The notes below the pieces were generated by a model that saw nothing but the letters and a program-made list of their open reading frames with translations, was not told where the DNA came from and did no database searches. From an uncultured Acidobacteriaceae bacterium (GTDB lineage: Bacteria; Acidobacteriota; Terriglobia; Terriglobales; Acidobacteriaceae), in NCBI GenBank assembly GCA_964247625.1, contig CAXTVA010000003.1, forward strand, positions 228,849 to 292,848: a stretch of 64,000 nucleotides of DNA. Direction: 5' to 3'. Of this stretch, positions 1 to 8,110 are shown piece by piece. Each line of letters opens with the position of its first letter. The first letter of the stretch is position 1. The translations under genes were made by a program, and so were the position numbers.

Positions 1-110
1 CGGGCGAGATGGTGCCGGCCAGCGGGCGGATGAAGGACGCGCGGTCGCGGATGGGGTGAAGGAGCTGTCGAGCGTCTGGATAGCGACAGGGATGTGGAGG
101 AAGGCCTTCC

Positions 111-1055
111 ATGATGGTCGAAACTCGCGCGTGTCTCATGCTCCTTGTGGCCGTTATGGCGCCGTCTCCGGTCAGGAGTGATACGGACGCGCCGAAGCCT
201 CTGGGGAGGCTGATCGATGTGGGTGGCTACCGGGTTCACCTCTTCTGCACGGGAGCCGGGTCGCCGACGGTGGTAATCGCGGGTGCGGGATACTCGTTCG
301 ACTGGGGACTGGTGCAGCCGGAGGTGAGCGCATGGACACGGGTGTGCGCCTACGATCATTCCGGAGTCGCGTGGAGCGAAGCAGGGCCACCGGACAGTTG
401 TCCTCTGCGTGTGCGGGAGCTGCACGTTATTCTCGAGAAGGCAGGGATCGAGGGGCCCTACGTCCTGGTGGGACACTCTCTGGGCGCACTCGTCAGCCGC
501 CTGTACGTGAGCCGATATCCCGCCGACGTGGCCGGTCTGGTGTTTGTCGATCATGCCATTCCGCTGCATAACCGACCTGCCGAACCGGCGGGGTCCGCGC
601 GGCTAACCTTCGGGCCGAAGGCGGAGCCGGCGGGACCGGCCGCGCCGCGCGATACGCTGCCCGTTCCGGTGCCGGAGAGCGATTCGAGCTGGAAGAAGCT
701 GCCGGCGGCGGACTATGCACTTCACCTGTGGGCGGATTCATTGCCAGGCCACGAGGCGACGATGGCGCGCGATGGCCGGATCGTGCCGGAGTGTCTGGCG
801 AAGATCGAGACGGTGACGCGCGGAGAGGCGAAGCCGCTGGGCGAGCGGCCCCTCATTGTGCTGCGGACGTCGGACGTCTCGGCAGCCACTGCGAATCTGG
901 ACCTGCTCTCTGCACGGGGGAGGGAGGAGTTCGTCACGAACAGCGGACATGTCGTGATGGTGGACCGACCGGACGCGGTCGTTGACGCGATTCACGAGGT
1001 GGTCGATGAGGTCCGGAGCGGGGGGCGATCGCGGCGCACGGTGAATGAGCCTTGA
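111..1055 (+). CDS. secreted alpha/beta-fold hydrolase
   Basis: 314-aa ORF. ATG at 111 is preceded by GGAGGAAGG (96-104). N-terminus is hydrophobic and signal-like. Nucleophile elbow GHSLGA is present. Third codon positions are G/C-rich. Confidence 0.8.
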   Translation: MMVETRACLMLLVAVMAPSPVRSDTDAPKPLGRLIDVGGYRVHLFCTGAGSPTVVIAGAGYSFDWGLVQPEVSAWTRVCAYDHSGVAWSEAGPPDSCPLRVRELHVILEKAGIEGPYVLVGHSLGALVSRLYVSRYPADVAGLVFVDHAIPLHNRPAEPAGSARLTFGPKAEPAGPAAPRDTLPVPVPESDSSWKKLPAADYALHLWADSLPGHEATMARDGRIVPECLAKIETVTRGEAKPLGERPLIVLRTSDVSAATANLDLLSARGREEFVTNSGHVVMVDRPDAVVDAIHEVVDEVRSGGRSRRTVNEP

Positions 1056-1114
1056 CGTGGCGTGTGGGGTGCGGGAGGCTTGAGGGACTGACAACACCAA
1101 GCAGGAGGACACGT

Positions 1115-1939
1115 ATGAGCACCTCCGGGCCATCGCTGCAGCAGGTGAAGGCATCGATGCGCGCCACGTGGATGGCGGGCGACTTTGGGGTGGTAGCACG
1201 GACGATTGCTGGGGGGGCGGAGCGCTTTGTGGAGCGGTTGGGGATTTCCGCGGGGGCGCGGGTGCTCGACGTGGCGTGCGGGACGGGGAACGTGGCGGTG
1301 CCGCTGGCGCGTGGCGGCGCGGTGGTGACCGGGGTGGACCTTGCGCCGACTCTGCTGGTGCAGGCGCGGGAGCGAGCGGAGGGGGAGGGCCTGGCGATCT
1401 CGTTCGATGAGGGAGATGCGGAGGCGCTGCCGTATGGCGAGGGCTCGTTCGACGCGGTGGTGAGCATGTTTGGGGCGATGTTTGCACCGCGGCCGGAGGT
1501 GGTGGCGGCAGAGATGGCACGGGTGCTGCGGCCGGGTGGGCTGGCTGCGATGGCGAACTGGACGCCTGCGGGGTTCTCCGGACGGCTATTTGCGGTGAGT
1601 GGACGGCATGTGCAACCAGCGGCCGGGCTGCCGGCGCCGGTGCTGTGGGGGGACGAGGAGACGGTGCGCGGGAGGCTGGCGCCATACTTTCGGGAGATAC
1701 GGACGGAGCGGGTGGAGATCGAGTTCAGCCTGCCGATGAGCGCGGCGGGGGCGGTGGCGTTCTTCCGGAGGTACTTCGGGCCGACGGCGGTGGCGTTCAG
1801 CCGGCTGGACGAGGCCGGTCAGGCGGCGATGGCGGCGGAGCTGGAGGCGCTATGGGCGGGGGCGAATGAGGCTCCGGATCCAGCGAGCCAGACGTTCGTG
1901 CGGAACGAGTACCTGCAGGTGACGGCTAGACGGCGGTGA
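1115..1939 (+). CDS. class I SAM-dependent methyltransferase
   Basis: In-frame ATG at 1115 is preceded by AGGAGG (1103-1108), so I prefer it to the TTG at 1052. Motif I VLDVACGTGN and the typical Methyltransf_11-like layout are present. Confidence 0.8.
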   Translation: MSTSGPSLQQVKASMRATWMAGDFGVVARTIAGGAERFVERLGISAGARVLDVACGTGNVAVPLARGGAVVTGVDLAPTLLVQARERAEGEGLAISFDEGDAEALPYGEGSFDAVVSMFGAMFAPRPEVVAAEMARVLRPGGLAAMANWTPAGFSGRLFAVSGRHVQPAAGLPAPVLWGDEETVRGRLAPYFREIRTERVEIEFSLPMSAAGAVAFFRRYFGPTAVAFSRLDEAGQAAMAAELEALWAGANEAPDPASQTFVRNEYLQVTARRR

Positions 1940-1996
1940 GGCGTGCCGATCGCGGAAGTCCGCGATGGGGGCGAGCTGCTTCCAGGTCTCGTGCCG

Positions 1997-2767
1997 TTAG
2001 CGGCCCTCGCGGAGGCGGGCGGCCAGGCGCTCGGGCAGGCCGGCCATGAGGATGCGGCCCTGGGCGCTGGTGACGTCGTAGGGGACGCGATGGTAGGTGA
2101 TCTCGGCGGATGCGGTGTCGTAGATGGCGAAGGCGGCGCGCCAATCGGCGTCACGGGGCTGGCCGACGGAGCCGGGGTTGATGAGGTGGCGGGTGCCGGG
2201 GGTGAGGGGGAGGGTCCAGCGGGCGGGGCCGGTGCGGGTCGCGAACTGGGGGCGGACCTCGTACCAGTCGTGGTCGCGCTGGGAGAAGCCGCCCTGCAGG
2301 TGGGTGTGGCCGATGAAGGTGACGGCGGTCGACATCTGCTGCAGGGGCATCCAGGCGTCGCGCATGTTGAGGATGTAGTGATCTTCGTTGAGCGGCGAAC
2401 CGTGCGCGCAGGTGACGCGGACGCCGTCAGGGAGGTCATCGGGGTGGAGCGGCCCGGGGGGAACGGCGCGGAGCCAGGCGAGATTGGCCGGGGTGAGGGT
2501 CTTATGGGTCCAGAGGGCGGCGGCGCGGGCGACGGGGTTGAAGCCGAGGGCGGAGGTGGCTCCGGTGGCGACGCGATCGTGGTTGCCGCGGACGTGGAGA
2601 GCGGCGAGGGGGCCAATGCGGTCGATGACCTGATTGGGGCTGCCGCCGTAGCCGACGGTGTCGCCGAGGTTCCAGATGGTCTCGAAGCGCTCGTCGGCGG
2701 CGGCGGCGAGGACGGCGTCGAGGGCTTCGAGGTTGGCGTGAATGTCGGAGAGGACGAGGGCGCGCAT
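1997..2767 (-). CDS. metallophosphoesterase (calcineurin-like, YfcE/MJ0936-type)
   Basis: 256-aa product starting MRALVLSDIHAN (ATG at 2767). Motifs DxH, GDxVGYG, GNHD and GHTH are all present. The upstream part of the 502-aa ORF is R/P-rich junk. Confidence 0.85.
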   Translation of the reverse strand: MRALVLSDIHANLEALDAVLAAAADERFETIWNLGDTVGYGGSPNQVIDRIGPLAALHVRGNHDRVATGATSALGFNPVARAAALWTHKTLTPANLAWLRAVPPGPLHPDDLPDGVRVTCAHGSPLNEDHYILNMRDAWMPLQQMSTAVTFIGHTHLQGGFSQRDHDWYEVRPQFATRTGPARWTLPLTPGTRHLINPGSVGQPRDADWRAAFAIYDTASAEITYHRVPYDVTSAQGRILMAGLPERLAARLREGR

Positions 2768-2875
2768 GAGCGGGGGAGGACTGTTAAGAATAGCGCGTTG
2801 CCGGGCGCTCAGGGTGGGAGTGGTGACTTGAAGTCTCTGGTATACAGGCGGGGCACTTCGGGGGAGACTGGCGGG

Positions 2876-4044
2876 ATGAGACGCTTGACCTGGTGTCTGC
2901 TGGCTATGTGCGCGTTCACGCAAGGCAAGGTGGGTGTAGCCGCACAGCCTGGACGGACAGGAACGGTGCAGGGAGTGCTGTTGCTGGCCGATACGGGGAG
3001 GCCCGCGGCGGGCGCGACGGTTTCGCTGCGGCCGGTGGTTCTTCCACAGAGGCCGTTGCCGGATGCGGTGACTGGAGAGTTCACTGTTCGCGATGAGCCG
3101 CACGGAAGCAGGCTGTACGCGACGGCTGGAGCGGACGGACGCTTTGAGATCGACGGTGTGACGCCTGGTGATTTCTTTGTGTTCACGTATCTGGAGGGGT
3201 ATGTGTCGCAGAACGAGTACACGTTCACGTATCCGGGGTCGGTTGCGCCGGACAGGAGCGGCGATGCGGGACCGTTGCCGGGCTTTGTGCGCCGGATCCA
3301 CGTGGCAGTGGGAGGTGCCGTGACGCTGCGGCTGCTGATGGAGCGAGGTGGATCGATTACGGGCACGGTGCACTTCCGTGACGGAGGACCGGCCCACACG
3401 GGCAAGGGACCTGCGGATGAGGTCGCAGTGAGTGCCGAGGTGAAGACCAGAGAGGGCAAGTATCTGCGGGCGGGCGGAGCGGCGCACACGGATGCGACGG
3501 GCCACTACCGGCTGAGTGGGCTTGTGCCAGGTGGGTATGTGGTGTTTGCTGGTCTGCCGATCACGATGGTGCCGGTGAAAGGGGACTTGAGGGACAGGGT
3601 GGTCCGCTGCTCTACGCTCCGGGTGTGGTGCGGGCGAGTCGCGCGCGCGTGGTGGAGGTTCAGGGACGAGAGAGCAACGACGGAGTTGATATCGAGCTTC
3701 CTGTGCAGGGACTGCATACGATTGCGGGGAAGGTCGTCACAAGGGAAGGCGGCGCGGTGGACCAGGGGATCGTGCGGGTCTACCCGACAGGGGAGCCGGA
3801 GGTCGCGCGAACCGGCCCGCTGGGGGTGCATGGCGAGTTCCGGTTCGAGGATGTGATGGATGACGACTACACGGTGTCGGTGGAGTTTGTGGGTGCCACG
3901 GAGTTTGTGGGTCTCACGGAGGACAAGACCGGTGTACGCATGCGAACGCGCAAGGCACCCTATGTGACCGTGACGCAGGAGGTGCGGGTTGCGGGCCAGG
4001 ATGCGCCGCCGGTGGTGTTCCACGTGCGGCCAGCTTCGCCGTAA
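2876..4044 (+). pseudogene. carboxypeptidase-regulatory-like (CarboxypepD_reg) repeat protein, interrupted by a -1 frame change near 3575-3600
   Basis: ATG at 2876 gives a signal peptide MRRLTWCLLAMCAF and beta-sandwich-like repeats (GRFEIDGVTPGDFFV, GHYRLSGLVPGGYVV) in frame 2. After ..PITMVPVKG the sensible sequence continues in frame 1 (GPLLYAPGVVRASRARVVEVQG...GKVVTREGG...FRFEDVMDDDYTV) to the stop at 4044. The frame-2 continuation is R/W/C-rich junk. The length 1169 nt is not a multiple of 3. This could also be a sequencing error. Confidence 0.55.
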
Positions 4045-4092
4045 TGCGAGGATCGATTCGTTGCTCTCTCGATGACGCACCGGATGCAGAGC

Positions 4093-4968
4093 TTATCGGG
4101 CGGTCGCGAGGGGTTGGGTGCGGTCGGTTTGCATGGTGGGAGCGGAGCGGAGGAGGCGCTGGGTATAGGGGTGCCGGGGGTTGCGAAAGAGGGTGGCGGT
4201 GGGGGCGGTCTCGACGATGCGGCCGTGCTGCATGACGGCGACCCGGGTAGCGATCTGGCTGACGACGGCGAGATCGTGCGAGATGAAGAGCATGCTGAGG
4301 CCGTGGGTGCGCTGGAGGGTACGGAGGAGGTCAAGGATCTGGGCCTGGACGGTGACGTCGAGGGCGGTGGTGGGCTCGTCGGCGATGAGCAGGCGGGGAC
4401 GGTTGAGGATGGCCATGGCGATGAGGATGCGCTGGCGCTGGCCGCCGGAGAACTGGTGGGGGTAGTGGAGGAGGCGCGACGCGGGGTCGGGCAGGGCGAC
4501 CTCGTGCAGGCTGCCGAGGACGCGCGCGCGGACCTCCGCGCGGGAGAGGCCGGGATGGTGGGTGGTGAGGGCTTCGGCGATCTGGCGGCCGATGGGCATG
4601 ACCGGGTTGAGGGCGGTCATGGGCTCCTGAAAGATCATGCTGAGATCGCGGCCGCGCAGGCGGCGCATGGCAGGCTCAGGGAGGGTGAGGAGGTCGTGCG
4701 CGCCCGGTGATCGCTCTGGGGGTGTGCCGGAAGCAGACGGGCCAGCGAGGCGGATGGCGCCGGTGAGGGTGGCGGTGAGGGGAAGGAGACGGAGCAGGGC
4801 GAGCGAGGTGGCGGACTTGCCGGAGCCGGACTCGCCGACGAGGCCGAGGGTCTCGCCGGGGGCGATATGGAAGGAGATGCCGTCGACGGCGGTGTGCTGG
4901 CCGAAGCGGATGTGGAGGTTGGTGACCTCAAGCAGGGGTGGGAGAGCGGTGGCCGGCGGGGAGGTCAC
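4093..4968 (-). CDS. ABC transporter ATP-binding protein, OppD/DppD-like, with no permease or binding-protein genes nearby
   Basis: Walker A GESGSGKS, signature FSGGQRQR, Walker B LLIADEPTTALD and a C-terminal HPYT motif are present. The start is GTG at 4968 and is uncertain. Confidence 0.8.
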   Translation of the reverse strand: MTSPPATALPPLLEVTNLHIRFGQHTAVDGISFHIAPGETLGLVGESGSGKSATSLALLRLLPLTATLTGAIRLAGPSASGTPPERSPGAHDLLTLPEPAMRRLRGRDLSMIFQEPMTALNPVMPIGRQIAEALTTHHPGLSRAEVRARVLGSLHEVALPDPASRLLHYPHQFSGGQRQRILIAMAILNRPRLLIADEPTTALDVTVQAQILDLLRTLQRTHGLSMLFISHDLAVVSQIATRVAVMQHGRIVETAPTATLFRNPRHPYTQRLLRSAPTMQTDRTQPLATAR

Positions 4969-5006
4969 AGCGCCATGCTACCGGAGGGAGCGTCTAACGT
5001 AGAGCT

Positions 5007-6737
5007 ATGGGGAAGATTGCGGGCAGAACAGGGCGGCGGTGGCTGACGCCGGGATTGCTGGGATCGGTGTGGATGGCGGCGGCGCAGACGCACAAGGTGG
5101 CGAAGCCGGAGCAGGTGGTGCGCGCGGTGGGCGTGTACGAGTGGACGGGGGACCAGACCAAGCCGTCCGCGAGCCGACTGGTGCCGGTGACGGTGTACAT
5201 CGACGGTGAGCTGCGGGACGGGGGGGTGTATCTGCCGCGGCCGATTCCGTTCGCGCTGGTGCCGGGCAATGAGTATGAGGTCGAGCGGGCGGGCGTGACG
5301 CAGGGCCTGGTGGTGCTGGACTATGCACGGCATCTGACGCCGGCCGCGGGGGGTGGAGGGGCGGCGCTCGACGAGGATGGCTGGTACGGGTACGGGACGT
5401 ACAAACCAGTCGTGGCGAAGAAGGAGCCGGCACTGAAGGCGGCGCGGACGCCGGGAGTGATCGCGAGCTCAGGCGGTAGTGCGAAGGCGGGCGCAGACGC
5501 GAAGGACGCAGGGACGGCGCCGGGCGGGACGGCTTCGGGGAAGGATGCGGACCGGCCGACGCTGCATCGCAAGGACGGCAGCGGTCGTAGTGACAGTACC
5601 GGGTCTCAAGGCGGCGGGGGGACGACGGCGACTCCGCCGGGGGCCACGGGAGGTTCGCCGGATCCGGACCGGCCGACGCTGGGGCGAAGGGCGGACGGCA
5701 GCGGGTCGGGGGATACGGCGAGCGGGGCGGACAGTCAGGCGGACCCGGACCGGCCGACGCTGAAGCGGCGCAGCGCGGACTCCGGAAAGAAGGGCAAGCC
5801 GAAGGATGATGTGGCAAGCGTGACCTCGGCCGACGTGCTGGGGACGGATCCGGATCGGCCGAGTCTGCATCGCGGGCGGCCGGCGCACCTGGACACGGCG
5901 GAGTTTGCGCCGAAGTCGCTAGTGGGAGTGCCGGCGGATGTGCATCAGGTCGCGGCGGTGTCGGATGCGGTGACGCGGCCGGAGCACGACTTCGCGCGGC
6001 CATGGACGGATGAGACGGAGCGGCTGGCGGTGCTGGGACAGATGCGGACGATGGCGACGCAGAGGCTGGCGCAGTATGCGGCGGACCCGGCAAATAGACC
6101 GGCCACCGGGGCGGTGAGCGGGGGGTCGGCGGCTGCGGGCGCGACGGGAAGTGCGAGTGCGAGGGCGGGAGAGGCGACGACGGCGAATGGGACCGGGTCA
6201 AGCGGGACGGGGTCAAGCGGGACGGGGTCAAGTGGGACGGGATCGAGTGGGACTGGATCGAGTGGGACTGGATCGAGTGGGACGGGGACTGCGGGACATG
6301 CAGCTGCTGCGGGGCAAGGGACGGCGGCGGCGCGGGCACGGGCACGGGCTGCGGCGGCGCGGGCAAAGGCGGCTGGGGCGCCGGGGGTGTCTCTGGTGGA
6401 TGAGCAGCTGCGGGGCTTCGTGCTGAGCTATGGCGGGGCGGCGACCTACGTGTATACGGCGCATATTGCGGGTGAGGGCGCGAGTCTGCGGTATGTGACG
6501 GTGGTGGCGCAGGCGGAGGTGACGGGGGATCTGCGGCCGGCACTGATCAGCGCGACCGATGCGGCGCACCTGGACCGGACGCCGTGGATGCGCTTTGTGG
6601 ACGTGGTGGACGCGGAGGCGTCGAATCGGGCGAGCCTGCTGTTTGAGCTGCGGGCGCAGAACAGCCGGCAGTTTGCGCTCTACCGGGTGCTGGGGGACCG
6701 GGCGGATCAGCTGGTGGCGACGGGGACTTCGCCTTAG
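5007..6737 (+). CDS. hypothetical secreted protein with folded N- and C-terminal domains and a long low-complexity repeat-bearing centre
   Basis: 576-aa ORF with an ATG start, a signal-like N-terminus and G/C-ending codons throughout. The antisense 512-aa ORF is P/S/A/R junk. Confidence 0.7.
   Translation: MGKIAGRTGRRWLTPGLLGSVWMAAAQTHKVAKPEQVVRAVGVYEWTGDQTKPSASRLVPVTVYIDGELRDGGVYLPRPIPFALVPGNEYEVERAGVTQGLVVLDYARHLTPAAGGGGAALDEDGWYGYGTYKPVVAKKEPALKAARTPGVIASSGGSAKAGADAKDAGTAPGGTASGKDADRPTLHRKDGSGRSDSTGSQGGGGTTATPPGATGGSPDPDRPTLGRRADGSGSGDTASGADSQADPDRPTLKRRSADSGKKGKPKDDVASVTSADVLGTDPDRPSLHRGRPAHLDTAEFAPKSLVGVPADVHQVAAVSDAVTRPEHDFARPWTDETERLAVLGQMRTMATQRLAQYAADPANRPATGAVSGGSAAAGATGSASARAGEATTANGTGSSGTGSSGTGSSGTGSSGTGSSGTGSSGTGTAGHAAAAGQGTAAARARARAAAARAKAAGAPGVSLVDEQLRGFVLSYGGAATYVYTAHIAGEGASLRYVTVVAQAEVTGDLRPALISATDAAHLDRTPWMRFVDVVDAEASNRASLLFELRAQNSRQFALYRVLGDRADQLVATGTSP
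6189..6293 (+). repeat. 15-bp in-frame tandem repeat, 6 full units plus 1 degenerate, encoding (GTGSS)n
   Basis: The units are GGGACCGGGTCAAGC, GGGACGGGGTCAAGC, GGGACGGGGTCAAGT, GGGACGGGATCGAGT, GGGACTGGATCGAGT x2, then GGGACGGGGACTGCG. The repeat is in phase with the 5007 CDS. Confidence 0.95.
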
Positions 6738-6892
6738 AAGGTGGTCTCCTGACGAGGTCTCGAAGCGAAGCGGGCCCAGGGACGATGCTCGGGATTGGTC
6801 TTGCAGGGTCGGCTACACACTGTGGCGCGGGACATGGTCTGATAGACCGCGTGCCACTGCAGCGGCTTGCAGCCGAGCGGAGCGGTGCATTA

Positions 6893-6918
6893 GGGGGCAC
6901 GACGGAAGCCGTGCCCCT
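6893..6918 (+). terminator. GC-rich hairpin between convergent genes (possible intrinsic terminator)
   Basis: GGGGCACG-acggaagc-CGTGCCCC forms an 8-bp stem and is followed by TTCGG. It lies 156 nt after the 6737 stop and 47 nt after the 6965 stop of the opposite gene. The U-tract is weak. Confidence 0.4.
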
Positions 6919-6964
6919 TCGGTCGGATCAGGACTCTGACCTGGCGGCTCAGGGGGAGAAAGGG

Positions 6965-8050
6965 TTAGTGAGTGAGGGCGGGTTCCTTCGCTGCGCTGGA
7001 CGTCAGCGTGGGGTAGTCGAGGTAGCCCTCCGGGCCGTGCGCGTAGAAGGTTGCGGGCACCGGTTCATTGAGAGGGGCGTGCTCGCGGAAGCGGGCGGGC
7101 AGGTCGGGGTTGGCGATGAAGAGGTTGCCAAAGGCGACCGCGTCGGCTTCCCTGTGCTCGAGGATGGTCTGAGCCGTCTCAAATGTGAAGCGTTCGTTGG
7201 CGATGTAGTTGCCGCCAAAGACCTCTTTGAGCTGGGGACCGATGCGACCCTCGCCGAGGCCTTCGCGGGCCATGATGAAGGCAAGGTGGCGGCGGCCGAG
7301 CTCGCGGGCGACGTAGCGGAAGGTGCCGAGACGGTCGGAGTCCGAGATGCCGTGGACGTCCGAGCGCGGAGAGAGGTGCATGCCGACGCGATCCGGGCCC
7401 CAGACGGAGATGGCGGCATCGGCGACCTCGAGCATGAGGCGGGCGCGGTTCTCGACGGAGCCGCCATAGCCGTCGGTGCGGTGATTCGAGCCGTCCTGGA
7501 GAAACTGGTCGAGGAGATAACCGTTGGCGCCGTGGATCTCGACGCCATCAAAGCCGGCGGCCTGCGCGTTCTGTGCGGCGCGGCGGTAGCTCTCGACGAT
7601 GCCGGGGAGCTCGTCTTCACGGAGGGCGCGGGGGGTGACGAAGGGGCGCTCCGGGCGGAGCAGCGAGACGTGTCCAGAGGCGGCGATGGCACTGGGGGCG
7701 ACGGGTAGCTCGCCGCGCAGGAAGCTGGGGTCAGAGATGCGACCGACGTGCCAGATCTGCATGAAGATGCGACCGCCGCGCTCGTGAATGGCGCGGGGAA
7801 TCGGCTTCCAGGCCTCGACCTGCTCCTGGGACCAGATGCCGGGAACCTGGGCGTAGCCGAGGCCCTGGGGCGAGACGGGTGTGGCTTCGCTGATGATGAG
7901 CCCGGCAGAGGCGCGCTGGCGGTAGTAGTCAGCCATCATGGGTGTGGGGACGTTGTCGACGGTGCCGCGCAGCCGCGTAAGAGGCGCCATGAAGATGCGA
8001 TTGGGCAGGTGCAGATCGCCGATCTGAATGGGGTCAAAGAGAGTAGGCAA
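6965..8050 (-). CDS. Old Yellow Enzyme family NADH:flavin oxidoreductase (alkene reductase)
   Basis: 361 aa. The N-terminus MPTLFDPIQIGDLHLPNRIFMAPLTRLR and the overall sequence are typical of OYE/NemA-like FMN reductases. Confidence 0.9.
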   Translation of the reverse strand: MPTLFDPIQIGDLHLPNRIFMAPLTRLRGTVDNVPTPMMADYYRQRASAGLIISEATPVSPQGLGYAQVPGIWSQEQVEAWKPIPRAIHERGGRIFMQIWHVGRISDPSFLRGELPVAPSAIAASGHVSLLRPERPFVTPRALREDELPGIVESYRRAAQNAQAAGFDGVEIHGANGYLLDQFLQDGSNHRTDGYGGSVENRARLMLEVADAAISVWGPDRVGMHLSPRSDVHGISDSDRLGTFRYVARELGRRHLAFIMAREGLGEGRIGPQLKEVFGGNYIANERFTFETAQTILEHREADAVAFGNLFIANPDLPARFREHAPLNEPVPATFYAHGPEGYLDYPTLTSSAAKEPALTH

Positions 8051-8110
8051 TGGTGAGACCTCGCTGAGCGTGCCTCTACAAGATGTCTGGCCGACGGAAA
8101 GGTTGCGGGC

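Noticed and set aside
1-110. Possible partial gene at the left edge. One candidate is the minus-strand reading ..LLHPIRDRASFIRPLAGTISP. The other is the plus-strand reading ..GEMVPASGRMKDARSRMG*.
   Set aside because: Both frames have GC-rich third positions and neither has a recognisable motif or start. There is too little sequence to decide.
738-1685. Long antisense or alternate-frame ORFs. Examples are 738..1685(-), 1819..2616(-), 5005..6543(-), 14125..15543(+), 20034..20969(-), 25868..26617(-), 31205..33133(-), 32787..33719(-) and 58807..60996(+).
   Set aside because: All are Pro/Arg/Ala/Ser-rich low-complexity translations. They overlap genes with strong motif support on the other strand or frame. 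Stop-codon depletion in a ~65% GC genome produces such ORFs by chance.
6189-6293. Tandem repeats considered as a possible CRISPR or non-coding satellite.
   Set aside because: The units are contiguous, with no spacers. They are 15 bp long and in phase with a CDS, encoding GTGSS. This is a coding VNTR, not a CRISPR array. No CRISPR-like repeat-spacer structure was seen anywhere in the window.
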